In this document: positions 1 through 12,940 of the stretch, in pieces
How the letters are laid out: each line of letters starts with the position of its first letter
How positions within the stretch are numbered: the first letter of the stretch is position 1
Position numbers and translations under genes: made by a program
The notes under the pieces: model-generated
What the model was told of the DNA's origin: nothing
Databases searched by the model: none
Seen by the model: the letters and a program-made list of their open reading frames with translations, nothing else
Assembly (NCBI RefSeq): GCF_018350175.1
Contig: NC_058368.1
Coordinates: 109,556,001-109,620,000, forward strand
Source: Felis catus
Lineage: Eukaryota
Reading direction: 5' to 3'
Length of the DNA stretch: 64,000 bases

Positions 1-885
1 TTGGGGAAGGAGGGCTCAGACCCATGCGGGAGACTGCGGGAGCTTGGGCGAGGGGGGCCCGCATTGTTCCGCGACTCGGCGGCAGCAGGGCGGGAGCCGG
101 GGGTCGCGGACAGAGACCCCGCTGCCTGCGCTGGCCACACGGCGCGCTCCCCCGGCAGCCTCAGTCTCTCGGTGTCTGCGTCCTCCCCGCCCGCTCAGCC
201 AAAAGTACCCGCACGCAGGGCCCGACTCGACCCGCGCAGTCCAGACTAGGCGCGGGGCGAACACCTCCAGACTAACGACTCGCGGGTGCTCCGCGGCGCC
301 CCAGCCCCACCCCCCAGCCCTCCCCGCCGCGGGGCGCGTCCTGCCCCCGCTGGGAAGGGGATCCCGCCGGTCGACCCCGCAGCGTACCTGAACTCCAGCC
401 CGAGACGCGCTCCTGGGCGCCGGCGGCCGCGCGGTGACATCAGAGCCCCGGGCTCCGGCTCCCGACCCCACCTCCAGGCTCCGGCCGCCGCGGGGGAGGT
501 GCCACGTCCGGCCACCGGGGGCGGGAGCGCGGAGTGGCGGCGCTGCCCCCGGGATCGCCCGCGCCCCGCCCCCCACCCCGTGGGGTCCGCTCTCCGGCCT
601 TAGTCCCGGGCCCGGGGGTTGGACACTCGTTCCCCCGCCGGACACAAGCCTCCTACTCCCGGCCGGAGAAGCGGGAGAGGAGGAGGAGGAAGGGCGACCG
701 CGGCCCTCGCCCGTCCGCCTCCAGCGCCGCCTGACCCGGCGGGCGTGTCTTCAGCGCCAGTGGTGCGCGGGCTCGGGCCCCTGGGGGTCCCGACAGCCCC
801 CTCGGTAGGGAACCCCTGAGCGGGCCCCAAGGGCACCAGACGGCCACAATTCCTTTCAAGCTTCGCTGAGTAAACACATCGGCCC
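1..885. promoter_or_regulatory. CpG island / promoter; probably the 5' end of SHROOM1 (minus strand, gene body left of window)
   Basis: Very high GC and CpG density with GC boxes (e.g. CCCCGCCCCC ~565-574). The SHROOM1 identity is inferred only from conserved gene order SHROOM1-GDF9-UQCRQ-LEAP2-AFF4; no SHROOM1 coding sequence was recognised. Confidence 0.7.
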
Positions 886-1634
886 GAAGGGCTGGTGTCT
901 CTGTTCCTCTCCTGTGTGCAGTTCAGATGCTAAGTTACTCCTGGACCAATTCTCCCCCTCCACATCCTCCATTTCCAAAACTCGTCCAGCTCTTTGACTC
1001 CCACAGTAGGCTCTTATCTCCGATTTTTGCACGCCTTTTCTCCATTTCTCCTACCACCCGCATTAATCTAGGCCCTCTGGCCAGCCATCTGAACCACAGG
1101 GGGTGCATTGTGTATTCGCTACTGCTGCCTTCAGTGGGTCCGTTAGGAGCTGCATGTAAGCATGTCTCCTGTGGCTTGGATAGAGGTCACTCCAGCCTTG
1201 GAGTCTGGTTCTCAAGGTCTTTGCCTTTGGGGTTCTCCGGACTTCAGAGATGCTCTAAGTTCACTGCCAATAGCAGTGCTTTCCTCCCTGCTAGACCTCA
1301 GCCTTCCTTGTCCCTACTTCACAAACCTCTATCCTGTGACTACTGGCTCTGCCAAGAAATGCTCCATCCCTAGAAAGGACTAAGGGGCCCTTTGCTGAGC
1401 ACTTTCAGTTCTCCAGTGCCTGAGGGCAGGGACTGTGTCCCCCATCCTGGCATCCTTGAATGATAAGTTTTGCTGGTGGCAATAGCAAGGACCCAGAATT
1501 CAGACCAAGGATCAAAGCTACCACTTTCTGGTGGCACTGGGAAACTGAGGAACTCTGTCTGCTTGGATCTTCTAGGGAATGGAGACAACAGACACCTGAG
1601 CCTGGCTTCTCATTGTGCCCTCCTGTCTCTGCTC

Positions 1635-2065
1635 CTTTTTTTTTTTTTAAATGTTTATTTATTTTTGAGACAGAGAGAGACAGAGCATGAACAGGGGAGG
1701 GTCAGAGAGAGGGAGACACAGAATCTGAAACAGGCTCCAGGCTCTGAGCTGTCAACACAGAGCCCGATGCGGGGCTCGAACTCACGGACCGCGAGATCAT
1801 GACCTGAGCCGAAGTCGGCCGCTTAACCGACTGAGCCACCCAGGTGCCCCCCCCCTTTTTTTTTTAATGTTTATTTATTTTGATAGAGATTGAAAGGGAG
1901 AGCAGGAGCAGGGGAGAGAGGAAGAGAGAGACGCAGAGAAACCCAAGCAGGCTCTGCTCTGTCAGCACAGAGCCCAATGGTGGCCCAAACTCATGAACTG
2001 TGAGATCATGACCTGAGCCAAAGTTGAAGTCTGATGCTTAACGGACTGAGCCATCCAGGCAACCC
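1635..2065 (-). mobile_element. Two tandem Can-SINEs (SINEC_Fc-like)
   Basis: Two reverse-complement SINE bodies (tRNA-like head, CT-rich tract, A tail); direct repeat CCTGTCTCTGCTCCTT at 1622-1637 and 2064-2079 flanks the pair. Confidence 0.9.
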
Positions 2066-2489
2066 TGTCTCTGCTCCTTCTTCAAACACCACCACTATTG
2101 AGGCATCAGTCTTAGCTGGAACTGGAGCCCTGGGCTATAAGACAGTGGCTCAGAACTTCTTGGCTTTGAAAGCCTGCCTCTTTTAAGCTCCTGATCTACA
2201 TGACTGGTGGCAGAGCAATATTACAATAGAGGGAACACATCTCAGCAACTAAAAGCCAATTCAAAATTGCTCAAGTTTTTAATTTGTAGTTTCAATTTTA
2301 TATTGAAAAAATATTGAAAACCACAAAGTGGACATAGTGTCCACAGCAATTTTTATTAACCCACTCAACCTTCCTGCTCCCTTACTTCTCTTGCACACTC
2401 TACAGAAGCTCTGTAGTTACCTCCCAGAAAACTGAAATCCTGTCCACCCACTTCTGTCCTTGACTCCTCTCTTCTGCCTTTTCAGACAT

Positions 2490-3275
2490 CTGGAAGTTGA
2501 CCTGGTCTTATGTGATAGACATCGGTGTTGCTAGGAGCTGAGCTGACATTCATAGTTCTCCTGTTGCACATAGTCAATTCCACAGGACATCAGCATCAGA
2601 CAAGGCCATCTGTAACCATGACGGGTCAAGACAAAAACAGAACCATTCTGTAATCATATCTGAACACAGACAATCCATGAACATTGTCCACATTGTAAAA
2701 ATGACTTGGGGTGCCTGGGGGGCTCAGTTGGTTAAACCTCCGACTCTTGATTTTGGCTCAGGTCATGATCTCAGAGTTCATGAGATCCAGCCCCACATTG
2801 GGCTCTGCACTGACACTGAGGAGCCTTCTAGAGATTCTCTCTCTCCCTCTCCCTCTCTGCCCTCCCACTACTTGCGCACATAGCTCTCTCAAAATAAATA
2901 AATAAGCTAAAAGAAAAAAAAAAAAGACCAAACATCTTTGTGTCCTGGCTAATATGAGTACTGCTGTTTCTTCACCAATGGCAGATTTAGTTTCACTCTC
3001 CTTGTTCCTCCTGCTAGATCGGACTCATTGATACACCCAATCATGGAATTACTCCTCCTTCCTGAGGCATCAAACACTGAGAAAAGTCCTGCTGCTTTAA
3101 CTCTCTCCAAAATCAGTAACACAAGCCCAAATCCTGTAAGTCCTTTCTAACAGTGTCTTACTGAGATGCCCAGTGGTTCCTCATGCCATGTGTTCCCCAT
3201 CATTGCAGCAATCAATGTACCCAGTTTGTTCAACTGCAGGTGTGTACCTGGCGGTCTTTGACTGGAGAGCATTAA
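2490..3275 (+). mobile_element. Degenerate LTR (ERV1/MER31-like) interrupted by a Can-SINE at ~2708-2925
   Basis: 3' end ...TTTGTTCAACTGCAGGTGTGTACCTGGCGGTCTTTGACTGGAGAGCATT resembles the MER31-type LTR terminus as recalled; boundaries approximate. Confidence 0.4.
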
Positions 3276-3489
3276 GAATTCCTAGCTCTTTATTACAAAA
3301 GTTCAAAGAATCTTGGAGGAGGGGAAGAAGAAACTGCTGCCAAGTTTGAGTCTCCTTTAGTGGTGGTGGAGGCCATGAAGAAAGTGGAGGCATGTACATA
3401 TTTATGACATTTTTCTACAACATGAAAAAACAAATGCCTGTGCCCCTCTGTAATTCAGTATTTTCCCAGGCCTGGGAGAGGTCTTTTTT

Positions 3490-3706
3490 TGCTTATGTTT
3501 ATTTATTTATTTTGAGAGAGACAAAGCAAATGTGAGTGGGGGAGGGACAGCGAGAGAGTAGAGGGAGAATCCCAAGCAGGCTCTATGTGGTCTGTGCAGT
3601 CAGTGTGCAGAGCCCAATGCGGGGCTCGAACCCATGAAACCATGAGATCATGACCTGAGCCGAAATCGAGTAGAGAGCTTAACCGACTCTGCCACCCAGG
3701 CATCCC
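3490..3706 (-). mobile_element. Can-SINE
   Basis: Reverse-complement SINE motifs (GAGATCATGACCTGAGC, CCACCCAGGCATCCC). Confidence 0.85.
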
Positions 3707-3737
3707 TGGGAGAGGACTTTTAAAGAGCCTCAGGATC

Positions 3738-3962
3738 GGGGCGCCTGGGTGGTGCAGTCGGTTGAGCATCCGACTTCAGCCAGGTCACGATCTCGCGGTC
3801 CGTGAGTTGGAGCCCCGCGTCAGGCTCTGGGCTGATGGCTCAGAGCCTGGAGCCCGTTTCCGATTCTGTGTCTCCCTCTCTCTCTGCCCCTCCCCCGTTC
3901 ATGCTCTGTCTCTCTCTGTCCCAAAAATAAATAAACGTTGAAAAAAAAAAATTAAAAAAAAA
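3738..3962 (+). mobile_element. Young Can-SINE (felid subfamily) with TSD
   Basis: Nearly identical to the copies at 5890, 13557, 19129, 45294 and 56422; flanked by TAAAGAGCCTCAGG on both sides. Confidence 0.92.
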
Positions 3963-4699
3963 TAAAGAGCCTCAGGTGACTGTGCTTAGCCAGTGTTGAA
4001 ACCACAGATCTCACCATTCGGCCAGGCCTTATCTCAAGGAACCGATGGGTGGGAAGGTGGTGGGCCTCATTCCACATGGCTTGGCACTTGTAATCTGAAC
4101 TGTTGGAACCATACCTAAGTAACTGCCCACCTCCCAAGTCTCCCACAGATTCCTGCCCCCCCCAACAGTGGATTTGGGTAATATGTTGTGACAATGGTAT
4201 AAACACTAAAGGCTATGTCCTTCCTGCCAGGCACTGTGCCAAATCTGTGTACTCATCTTTTTAACCCTGTTATTCCTGAGAAGTAGATACCGTTATACCC
4301 CCAGTTTACAAGTGAGGAGACTGAGGCTTGGGGAGATTAAATATCTTGGTCAAATAGCTCATAAGAAGTAGAGGCAAAACCCCATGATGGCTGGTTCCAA
4401 AGGCCATGGTCACATGACCAGTGAAAAGAACTGCAAGATGTGGATGTCCAAGGATAGCTTTCCTATCCATGCAAGAGAACAGGATTTAGACTTCGGACTG
4501 AGCAGGACTAGAGAGTAATTGGGGAAGATGAGAAGTGAGTAGCACCAAGACCCCAGTCAGAATGTCCTTCTCTCTTTGTGTCTTCAACAGTCTAACATGC
4601 ACCTGAGCTAGGTTTCATATGTAGTTTCCACATGTTTATTGTAAAGGGCTTGTAAAAACATTTCTTTCCAGAGGTACCTTTCAAGGTTTCCGTGACTTA

Positions 4700-4905
4700 A
4701 TTTTGGGGGGTGTTTATTTATTTTTGAGAGAAAGAGAGAAAGCTCGGGGGAGGGGCAGAGAGAAAAGGAGACACAGAATGTGAAACAGGCTCCAGGCTCT
4801 ACGCTGACAGCAGAGAGCCCAATGCGGGGCTTAAACTCACAAACTGTGAGATCATGACCCGAGCCGAAGTCAGACACTTAACCGACTGAGCCACCCAAGT
4901 GTCAC
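4700..4905 (-). mobile_element. Can-SINE
   Basis: Reverse-complement SINE body. Confidence 0.85.
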
Positions 4906-4974
4906 TGACTTTTTAATTTGAAGTTATATCTCGGAGCTCATTCACTATCAATACCTGGCACTGTATCATTCTTT

Positions 4975-5103
4975 TTAAATTTTTTTTTTCAACGTTTATT
5001 TATTTTTGGGACAGAGAGAGACAGAGCATGAACGGGCGAGGGGCAGAGAGAGAAGGAGACACAGAAACGGAAACAGGCTCCAGGCTCTGAGCCATCAGCC
5101 CAG
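4975..5103 (-). mobile_element. 5'-truncated young Can-SINE with TSD
   Basis: Only the 3' half is present; TGTATCATTCTTTTTAA is duplicated on both sides. Confidence 0.85.
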
Positions 5104-5104
5104 T

Positions 5105-5835
5105 GTATCATTCTTTTTAATAGGTACCAGATTCTCCACTGCATGGGCATAAATACATTGGGCTGTCAATGGACATTTAGGTTAATCCTGTATTTTGCTA
5201 TTACTAATTTTCTAATGAAGACCCCTGGTCATATATCTTTGCTCATACTTGTTTGTAGGATAAATTCCTAAAAGATTAATTGGAAGGGGACCCTCCCAGC
5301 CACTTCAGCTGACACCATACCAATTAGAGAAGAACCACCAACCTTACCATTCCTCAATTTCTGACCCTCAAAATCACAAGCAAAATAATTATAAATGTAG
5401 TCATGAAGTTTTGGAGTAGTTTGTTACATCCTAAGAGATACATGTAACAAGGTATGTGAATTTTCAAATATGGTTGATATTGTTAAATTTCTTCCAAAGA
5501 GGCTGTCCCAATCTACATTTCTGTCGATGTATGAGAATGCCTATTCTCCTGCATCCTCACTAATAAAGAGTATTATTAAAATTTGATGCCTGAAATCTGA
5601 AAGGCAAAAATAGTATCTCGCTGCTTTCATTTACATCTTTAATAAATGAAATTGCACATCATTTTGTACATTTAAAAGCCATTTGTATTAACTTTTGTGA
5701 TCTGTCAATTCCCTTTGCTCATTTTTCTATTTGTCTTCTTATTGATTTATAAGATCTCTTCATATATTAAGCAATGAACTTTTTTTTTTTCCCTTGTGTG
5801 TGGACAATATTTTCCCAACCTTATGTCTTTTGACT
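5105..5835 (-). mobile_element. Old L1 (L1M-type) fragments
   Basis: Degenerate reverse L1 ORF2/3' motifs (GGACATTTAGGTT..., TTTGCTCATTTTTCTATT); AT-rich. Confidence 0.55.
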
Positions 5836-5889
5836 TAGTGGTGGCAATAAATCTACAAGACATGGTTGAATCAAAAGATTTTTCTTTTA

Positions 5890-6106
5890 GGGGCGCCTGG
5901 GTGGCGGAGTCGGTTAAGCATCCGACTTCAGCCAGGTCACGATCTTGCGGTCTGTGAGTTCGAGCCCCGCATCGGGCTCTGGGCTGATGGCTCAGAGCCT
6001 GGAGCCTGTTTCCGATTCTGTGTCTCCCTCTCTCTCTCTGCCCCTCCCCCGTTCATGCTCTGTCTCTCTCTGTCCCAAAAATAAATAAACGTTGAAAAAA
6101 AAAAAA
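5890..6106 (+). mobile_element. Young Can-SINE with TSD
   Basis: Young-subfamily sequence; AAAAGATTTTTCTTTTAG duplicated on both sides. Confidence 0.92.
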
Positions 6107-7248
6107 GATTTTTCTTTTAGACAGCAACTATATAGCTGTCTTAATAATTCAGAGATAGTCACAAAATGGTTAAAATACAGTGGAAGCTAGAAATCTTTCA
6201 ACAAAATCAGATTGTCTATTTTTAGACATCCAACAAAGCATGAATCATTGCTTATACACAAATCTTTACCTAAATTATAAATGTTCCCTTGGAGCCAGTT
6301 TGTTTGCTTTCTAATTATACAGTGAGTTCACCACACTAGTTTAAAGACAGGGCTTTACAGGAAGACAGCCAAAAGAAGAGAACGGAGCCCACCCTCCCCC
6401 GTAGCAGCTTCTGACGGGTAAGGGGTCCGGGCAAGGCTGGGTAGTGATGAGCTATCATGGGATTAAATGAAAGTTCTCTTTCAGATCAGCAGGTCTTGGG
6501 TAGGAATGTTGGGCTGTCACATTCCTATTGAGTACACATATATCACCTTTTCCCTACAGGCAGTGGATGATATCTCAACCTCTGTTTGCTTTCACCATAA
6601 TAATCCAGCTTTTCTCTGCTAGTGTGGCCCCAAGCCTCAGGCCTAGGACAATTCCATCTTCCTGGTCTGCCTTCGTTCAAATGTTACCCACATAGCCTTG
6701 GACAAGAGAGGTTAAATGAGAAAGATATAGAGAGAAGCTTCTCTTCTCCTTTTCCTACAGTGGACCCGGGACAGAAACGTGGCAGTCAAGTGAGATTTTC
6801 TGTTTTGTTCTTCTCATCTCCTGGGACCCAGATGAAAAGTGTCAACTAAGCTTCATTTTGTTTCTCGAGAATATAAACTCAGACCCTGAGCAAGAACCCC
6901 GGAGAAGAGCCTTGCCTGGAAAGGACAACAGCTGGCTCAAGCCCCGGAAAGGCCAACTTGCCTCTTCTGTGCTGGGGCACTAACAAGGCATGAGATAGTC
7001 TCCAAAGGGCTGGCTCCCAAAAGTGACCTTTGTTTGAGCTAAATGTCCCAGGGCTCTGCCTGCCAAGAAGTCACCTGGTCAGCATTTTCAAGGGGAGAGC
7101 AATCCGGTTCTAGAGCTCTGAGCCTGGAGCTGTACCCAAAAGCCACATGCTGAACTTGGGGCAGGATTGGGCCATGTGCATGTGGAGTGAATTGGCTCTG
7201 GAAGCAGATCATTCCGGTACTTAACATTTAGGTAGGAAGTGTTGCTGA

Positions 7249-7457
7249 TTTTTTTTTAACGTTTATTTATTTTGAGAGAGAGAGAGAGCATGAGTGGAGG
7301 AGGGGCAGAGAGAGAGAGGGAGAGGGAGAATCCCAAGCAGTGCTGCTGCACTGTCAGCACAGAGCCTGGCGTGGGGCTCCATCTCACACACCATGAGAAC
7401 ATGGCCTGAGCCAAAACCAACTCAGATGCTTAACCCCCTGAGCCACCCAGGCGCCCC
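7249..7457 (-). mobile_element. Can-SINE
   Basis: Reverse SINE body; TGTTGCTGATTTT flanking duplication. Confidence 0.85.
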
Positions 7458-8279
7458 AAAATGTTGCTGATTTTAACTGATGCATCTGATCAGTAACTCA
7501 CACAAAGGAGACTTCGTCCTGGAACCTATGGGTGCATGTGTCCAGTTCCATCTTGGTCCGTGTGTTTTTAGGACCCTGTCGGGGGTGAATGCGACAACAC
7601 ACACAGTGTCTAGTTGGCTGCTCTTTGTACTTCAAGGGAAGCATCAAGTTAGGGGAAAAAAGAGAAAAGTAAAGAAAAACCAAGGTATAAAGTTACTTTT
7701 GACTGTCCTAGCACATCAGGCAACAAAATGAAGGGGGATTAGATCTATTTATTGGGTGACACCAAAGGAATTCTGGGGTTAAATAGCCACTAATAGCAAT
7801 TGCCTGGAGGAACCAGAGATGGCCCATAGACAGGCTTATTGGCCACCCTGTGATTTCTCACCATAGAACAGACATGTGTTCTCCAATTCAGTGTGTCCCA
7901 GGTATAGGAAAACCAGGATAGGGGGAAGAAGAGTGTGAGCTCACAACCTGGCAGACTGAGTGTGAATGCCAGTAGCTGTATGACCCTGGAGAAACCCTAA
8001 CCTTCCCGGACCTCCATTTCCTAGTGTGTAAAACAGGGATGTGACTATGCATTTGCCAGGGAAAGATTAAATGAGAGTTCATCACGTATATTGAGCGGCA
8101 GGCTCGTAGTTGGCCATCAGTAAAAGGTATCAGATATATTATTATTCCTCACTTCAGCCTCCCCTGTGGGGAATACAGTCTCCACTAAATCCTACCCTCA
8201 ATTTCATCTCGAAGGGTTGGTTTATACTCCAGGGGTTTCCCATGGTTGTTGGTAGCTTACTACTAAATTTTGCTCACTA

Positions 8280-8480
8280 GGGGCACTTGGGTGGCTCAGT
8301 CAGTTAAGTGTCTGACTCCAGCTCAGGAGATGATCTCGCAGTTCATGAGTTCGAGCCCCACGACAGGCTCTGTACTGACATCTCAGAGCCCGGAGCCTGC
8401 TTCGGATTCTGTGTCTCCCTCTCTCTCTGCCCCTCCTCTGCTCGTGCTCTGTCTCTCCCTCAAAAATAAATACTAAATAT
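8280..8480 (+). mobile_element. Can-SINE
   Basis: GGGGCACTTGGGTGGCTCAG head, CT tract, AATAAA tail. Confidence 0.85.
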
Positions 8481-10212
8481 TGAAATTTTTTTTTTTTAAT
8501 TTTTGCTTACTACTCCTCCAAACAGGGCTGCAGGGGACATCCAAACACTTTTTTCTTGGGAGGAATCCCAGGTTATGTGGGCGAGACAGGGCCCCTCCTT
8601 TGAAAGCCAGCCAGCCACAATATAGCCCTGAGATCTGGGCTTGACCAATCTAATGCCTCTGCCAGGACTGGGACTCTTCTATGAGTCACATAGAGATCCA
8701 AGGATAGGTGAAAAACTACCAAAAGTGTGGGGGTGCAATGACACTGGAGGTGGGGGCTACCTGTTTCCTGCTCTTGCCGCCTAGTCTCCTTTGGATCTTA
8801 TTTTCGTCGTCTACTTCTCCTCTCTAATCAAGTTGGTGAATGACCACACTTCTTTCCAATACATTCCTTTTTTCTGAGTGAGTCAGGCACAATGGTTGCT
8901 ATTGCCTGAAACTAAAAAGTTTCTGATACAGAGCCAAGACCTCTTTGAACACAGGGACATCAATGTTAGGCCAGGAGAAAATCTAGCCAGATTTGAGCGC
9001 TGCAAGCTACTCTTTCCCTCCACCAGGCGAGAGGGCAAGAGAGATCTCCCACAGCTTCCTGGGGGCTAGGGGATGCAATCCTGGCCCTTTGATGTGGCTG
9101 GAGACCCTTGAACAAATCTTGCACAGTCTCAAAACCAGCAACTCAGGAAACAGGATAAAGCAGTGCAGGAGAAACACAAGTCAGCCAAGTTCCTGGTTCA
9201 AAGTCACAAATATCTGCTACAAAAAGGAAAACAAGATTTCCCTTAGCAAACATAAAATCAAAGACAAGAAGATTTCAATCAGTTGCTTTTTCCTATTCCT
9301 GCACTAACGAGGGTCAACCTGGATTCTACCTGTTTCTTCACACCAGCATGGACCAAAGGTTGAAGCTGAGGTCAGGCCAAGGTGGGCCTACCTTGAGACC
9401 CAGAAGCTTAGGTTTCTATCCCATAGCTACCTCCTAGAGAGGGCTAGGTGCATGCTGAAGTCCTGTCTTTTGGTCCCTCCCCTACTAGCAAACGTCCCCT
9501 TGGTAGGACCCAGCATGAACTGACTTACACAACCCCTCAACCAAGTATCACCTCCTCAGTGAAGCTTCTCTGATATCTCCAAGTACAGTTCATTGTTCCC
9601 TGCTCCATATAATTGTACATTGTAGAATAGATGGTCATTTATTTATCTGCCCCATTGGAAAGATGTGAGCTCTTGAAAGAAAGGATGCCTGGCCATACCA
9701 GGTTGAGAATCTCAGTGCTTGTTGAATGAACACCTCTGTGAGACTGCATCCTGGCTGAACAGCTATGTCATTCCTCCATTCCATGAGTTCACAGCTGGTA
9801 GCATCCTCCCAAGGATGGCCTTGGTCTCCAGGATCCAGTAATGAACATGTGTGTGTATGTGTACATGTGTGTATGTGTGCTTTGGGGGAGGTGTGATAGA
9901 GTGTCCAATAAGCAGCATTCTAGGTACCAAGTGGCCATCCTATGGAAGTGATTGTGTAAAAGCAATCATTCAATCAGCAAGCAGTTATTGTGTGTTCATG
10001 GACCTCTTGGCCCAGAATTTAAAATTAGAGGCAGAGGGCATGTAACCTGGGAGCCAAGAGCCAGCAGGAAGTCAGCAGCATCCTTCTTTCCACTGACAAT
10101 TGTTTCTAGTAACACCTATCTACCCTGGTATCTGCCATCCTTAGAGGAGCTGGTGGCTATGACCATGAGCAGACTGGTTGGATGACTTTTTGTTAGAACT
10201 ACCAAAAGGAGA

Positions 10213-10436
10213 GGGGTGCCTGGGTGGCTCAGTCGGTTGAGCATCCGGCTTCAGCTCAGGTCATGATCTCAGCGTTCATGAGTTCGAGCCCCACATCAGG
10301 CTCTGTGCTGACAGGTCAGACCCTGGAGCCTGCTTCAGATTCTGTGCCCCCCTCTTTCTCCGCCCCACCCCTGCTTGTGCTCTGTCTCGGTCTTTCAAAA
10401 ATGAATAAACATTTAAAAAATTAAAAAAAAAAAAAA
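10213..10436 (+). mobile_element. Can-SINE
   Basis: Full body; ACTACCAAAAGGAGA duplicated on both sides. Confidence 0.88.
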
Positions 10437-10696
10437 CTACCAAAAGGAGAAAGCGAAGCAAGAAATTGTAGAGACCTGAAAGAAATGACCAGTCCGGAAT
10501 CTAATGTTTTAAAACTTGTTCCCCCAGGGAGGGCTGGGATGCCCTTGGGCTGGCCAACAAGGTCTGGTATCATCTGTCTACTTCTTCAACCTCATCTCCT
10601 CACTGGGGGAACAAGCTTTAAAGCAACATCAGACCCTCAATTGGTCATTTCCTTCAGGTCTCTACAATTTGTTATTTCACTTTCTCCTTTTGGTAT

Positions 10697-10911
10697 TTTT
10701 TTTTTAATGTTTATTTATTTTTGACAGAGAGAGAGAGAGACAGAGCATGAGTGGGGTAGGGGCAGAGAGAGAGGGAGACACAGAATCAGAAGCAGACTCC
10801 AGGCTCTGAGCTGTCAGCACAGAGCCCGATGCGCGGCTCGAACTCACAGACCCCAAGTTATAACCCAAGCCTAAGTCAGACGCTCAACAGACTGAGCCAC
10901 CCAGGTGCCCC
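10697..10911 (-). mobile_element. Can-SINE
   Basis: Reverse body; CTCCTTTTGGTA flanking duplication. Confidence 0.88.
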
Positions 10912-11289
10912 CTCCTTTTGGTAGTTTTAACAAAAAGATGTGATTTACCATTAGAAAGGGCTACTTTCTTTTCAGAGTAGGTTGTTTCAGGCACTTGCTT
11001 GGATGTAGCAAAAAGAGGTCTGGGGAGTTGCTGCCCAGGGTGGAATCAACAATTCCCAAGAGATTTCATTTGGGTTTCTAAATCCTCTGCAATGTTTCTT
11101 AGGATTAAATTAATAATCTTCATTAGAGATAGCAGTTGGTGCTTATCTCATAGATAGTCTGCAAACAATGCTTGTTTTCAAAAACATAACACACGCCAGC
11201 AAAGAATTAAAAGTAAAACCAAACTGAAACCATCTGGTCTTTCTAAAGCAGTGAGTGCTTTATCCAAATTAGATTTACCTTAATATGCT

Positions 11290-12275
11290 TAACAGGCTTA
11301 CAAGTCAACAACAAGAAGACAAATGATCCAGCTTCTTTTTTGACGAGCAAAGGGTTTGCATAGACATTTCTCCCAAGAATATATATAAATGGCCAATAAG
11401 GACATGAAAAGATGCTCAATATCAAATGCAACTCAAAACCACAATAAGATACCACTTAGCACCCACTAAAACGGAGAGAAAGAAAAAGGCGTTCATCAAA
11501 TGTTGGCAAGGATGTAGAAAAACTGAAATCTTCATGCACCGTTTGTGGGAATGTAAAATGGTGCAACTGCTTTGGAAACAGTTTGTCAGTTTGTCAAACA
11601 AATAAACATAGTTACCTTATGACTCAGCAATTTCACTCTTCGGTATATAACCAATAGAATTGAAAAGCTGTTCATACAAAAACTTGTGCATGTTTAGAGC
11701 AGCATTATTCATAATAGCCAAAAAATGGAAACAACCCAAGTGGCCATCAAAAGATGAATAGAGGGTCACCTGGGTGGCTCCGTTGGTTAGGCATCCGACT
11801 TCGGTTCAGGTCATGATCTCACGGCTTGTGAGTCCGAGCCCTGCGTCAGGCTCTGTCTGTCTGTCTGTCTCTCTCTCTCTCAAAAAAAAAAAAAAAAGAA
11901 AAACATTAAAAAAAAAAAAAGATGAAGAAATTGTTGCAAATCCATACTGTGGAGTACTATTCAGCCCTAAAAAGTAATTAAATACAGATACACGCTACCA
12001 CATGGATGAACCTTAAAGAGATTATGCTAAATAAAAAAAGCCAAACAAAAAAACCCACATTCTGTGATTGTATTTATATGAAATGTCCAGAATAGGCGAA
12101 TCCATAGAGATGGAAAGCAGATTAGTAGGTAGTAGGCGGAACGGGTAGTGAGTATTAACTGGCATGAAGTTTAGGGGGAAGATGATAGAAATATCCTGGA
12201 ATTAGATCATAGTGATAACTGCATAACCTTGTGGGTGTATTAAGAATCACTAAACCATACACTTTAAAATGTTGA
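11290..12275 (+). mobile_element. Old L1 ORF2-end/3' UTR fragment (L1M-type), interrupted by a SINE at ~11763-11920
   Basis: Typical L1 motifs (ATGAAAAGATGCTCAA, GTGGGAATGTAAAATGGTGCAAC, CAGCATTATTCATAATAGCCAAAA, CATGGATGAACCTT). Confidence 0.8.
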
Positions 12276-12280
12276 ATTTT

Positions 12281-12490
12281 GGGGCACCTGAGTGGCTCAG
12301 TCGGTTAAGCGTCCACCTTCAGCTCAGGACATGACCTCATGGCTCATAAGTTCCAGCCCCACATCAGGATCTGTGCTGACAGCTCAGGGCCTGGAGCCTG
12401 CTTCGGATTCTGTGTCTCCCTCTCTCTCTGCCCCTCCCCCACTCATGTGCTCTCTCAAGAATACATTAACATTAAAAAAATTAAAGAATT
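12281..12490 (+). mobile_element. Can-SINE
   Basis: Full SINE body. Confidence 0.85.
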
Positions 12491-12499
12491 TTTAAAGAT

Positions 12500-12940
12500 G
12501 AAACAGATTTTTACATTAACTATATATGCATTCCTAATATATCCAAATAGATCCAATATCAAAAAGTTATCACTTCAACATGTAATCAACCTAACATTTA
12601 GATATTTTACATTTTTTCATACTAAGTCTTTTAAAAGAGCTGACGTGTGTTACATTCACAGCTCATTTCGGTTTTGATTAGCCAGATCTTACTCAATAGC
12701 CACATGGAGCTAATGACTAGCACGTTGGACAGTACAGCTGCAGAGCCTCTTAGTTACTGCAGAGTCCCTGCGAACCTCTTTGTTCGACACTGTTCTCAGC
12801 TTTTTCCAAGTATCAACTCATGTAACCCTCCCAACAACCCTATGAAATGGGCACTATTATTATTTCCATTTCATGGGTGGGGAAACTGGGCTCAGAGAGG
12901 TTAACTCAGTTGCCTGAAGTTATAGCCAGGTGGTTCCAGG
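12500..12940. mobile_element. hAT-Charlie (MER3/MER33-like) fragment followed by a MIR fragment
   Basis: CTCAATAGCCACATG...TTGGACAGTACAG; then MIR core GGAAACTGGGCTCAGAGAGGTTAA. Confidence 0.55.

Noticed and set aside
1..877. Many overlapping ORFs up to 209 aa
   Set aside because: Stop-codon depletion in a GC-rich CpG island gives Pro/Gly/Arg/Ala-rich translations with no recognisable domain.
927..1373. 148-aa ORF next to the CpG island
   Set aside because: No recognisable homology, splice context or coding-like composition.
3738..3810. tRNA-like A/B boxes (TGGCTCAGTCGG, GTTCGAGCC) at many sites
   Set aside because: They are the tRNA-derived heads of SINEs followed by CT tracts and A tails; no standalone tRNA gene.
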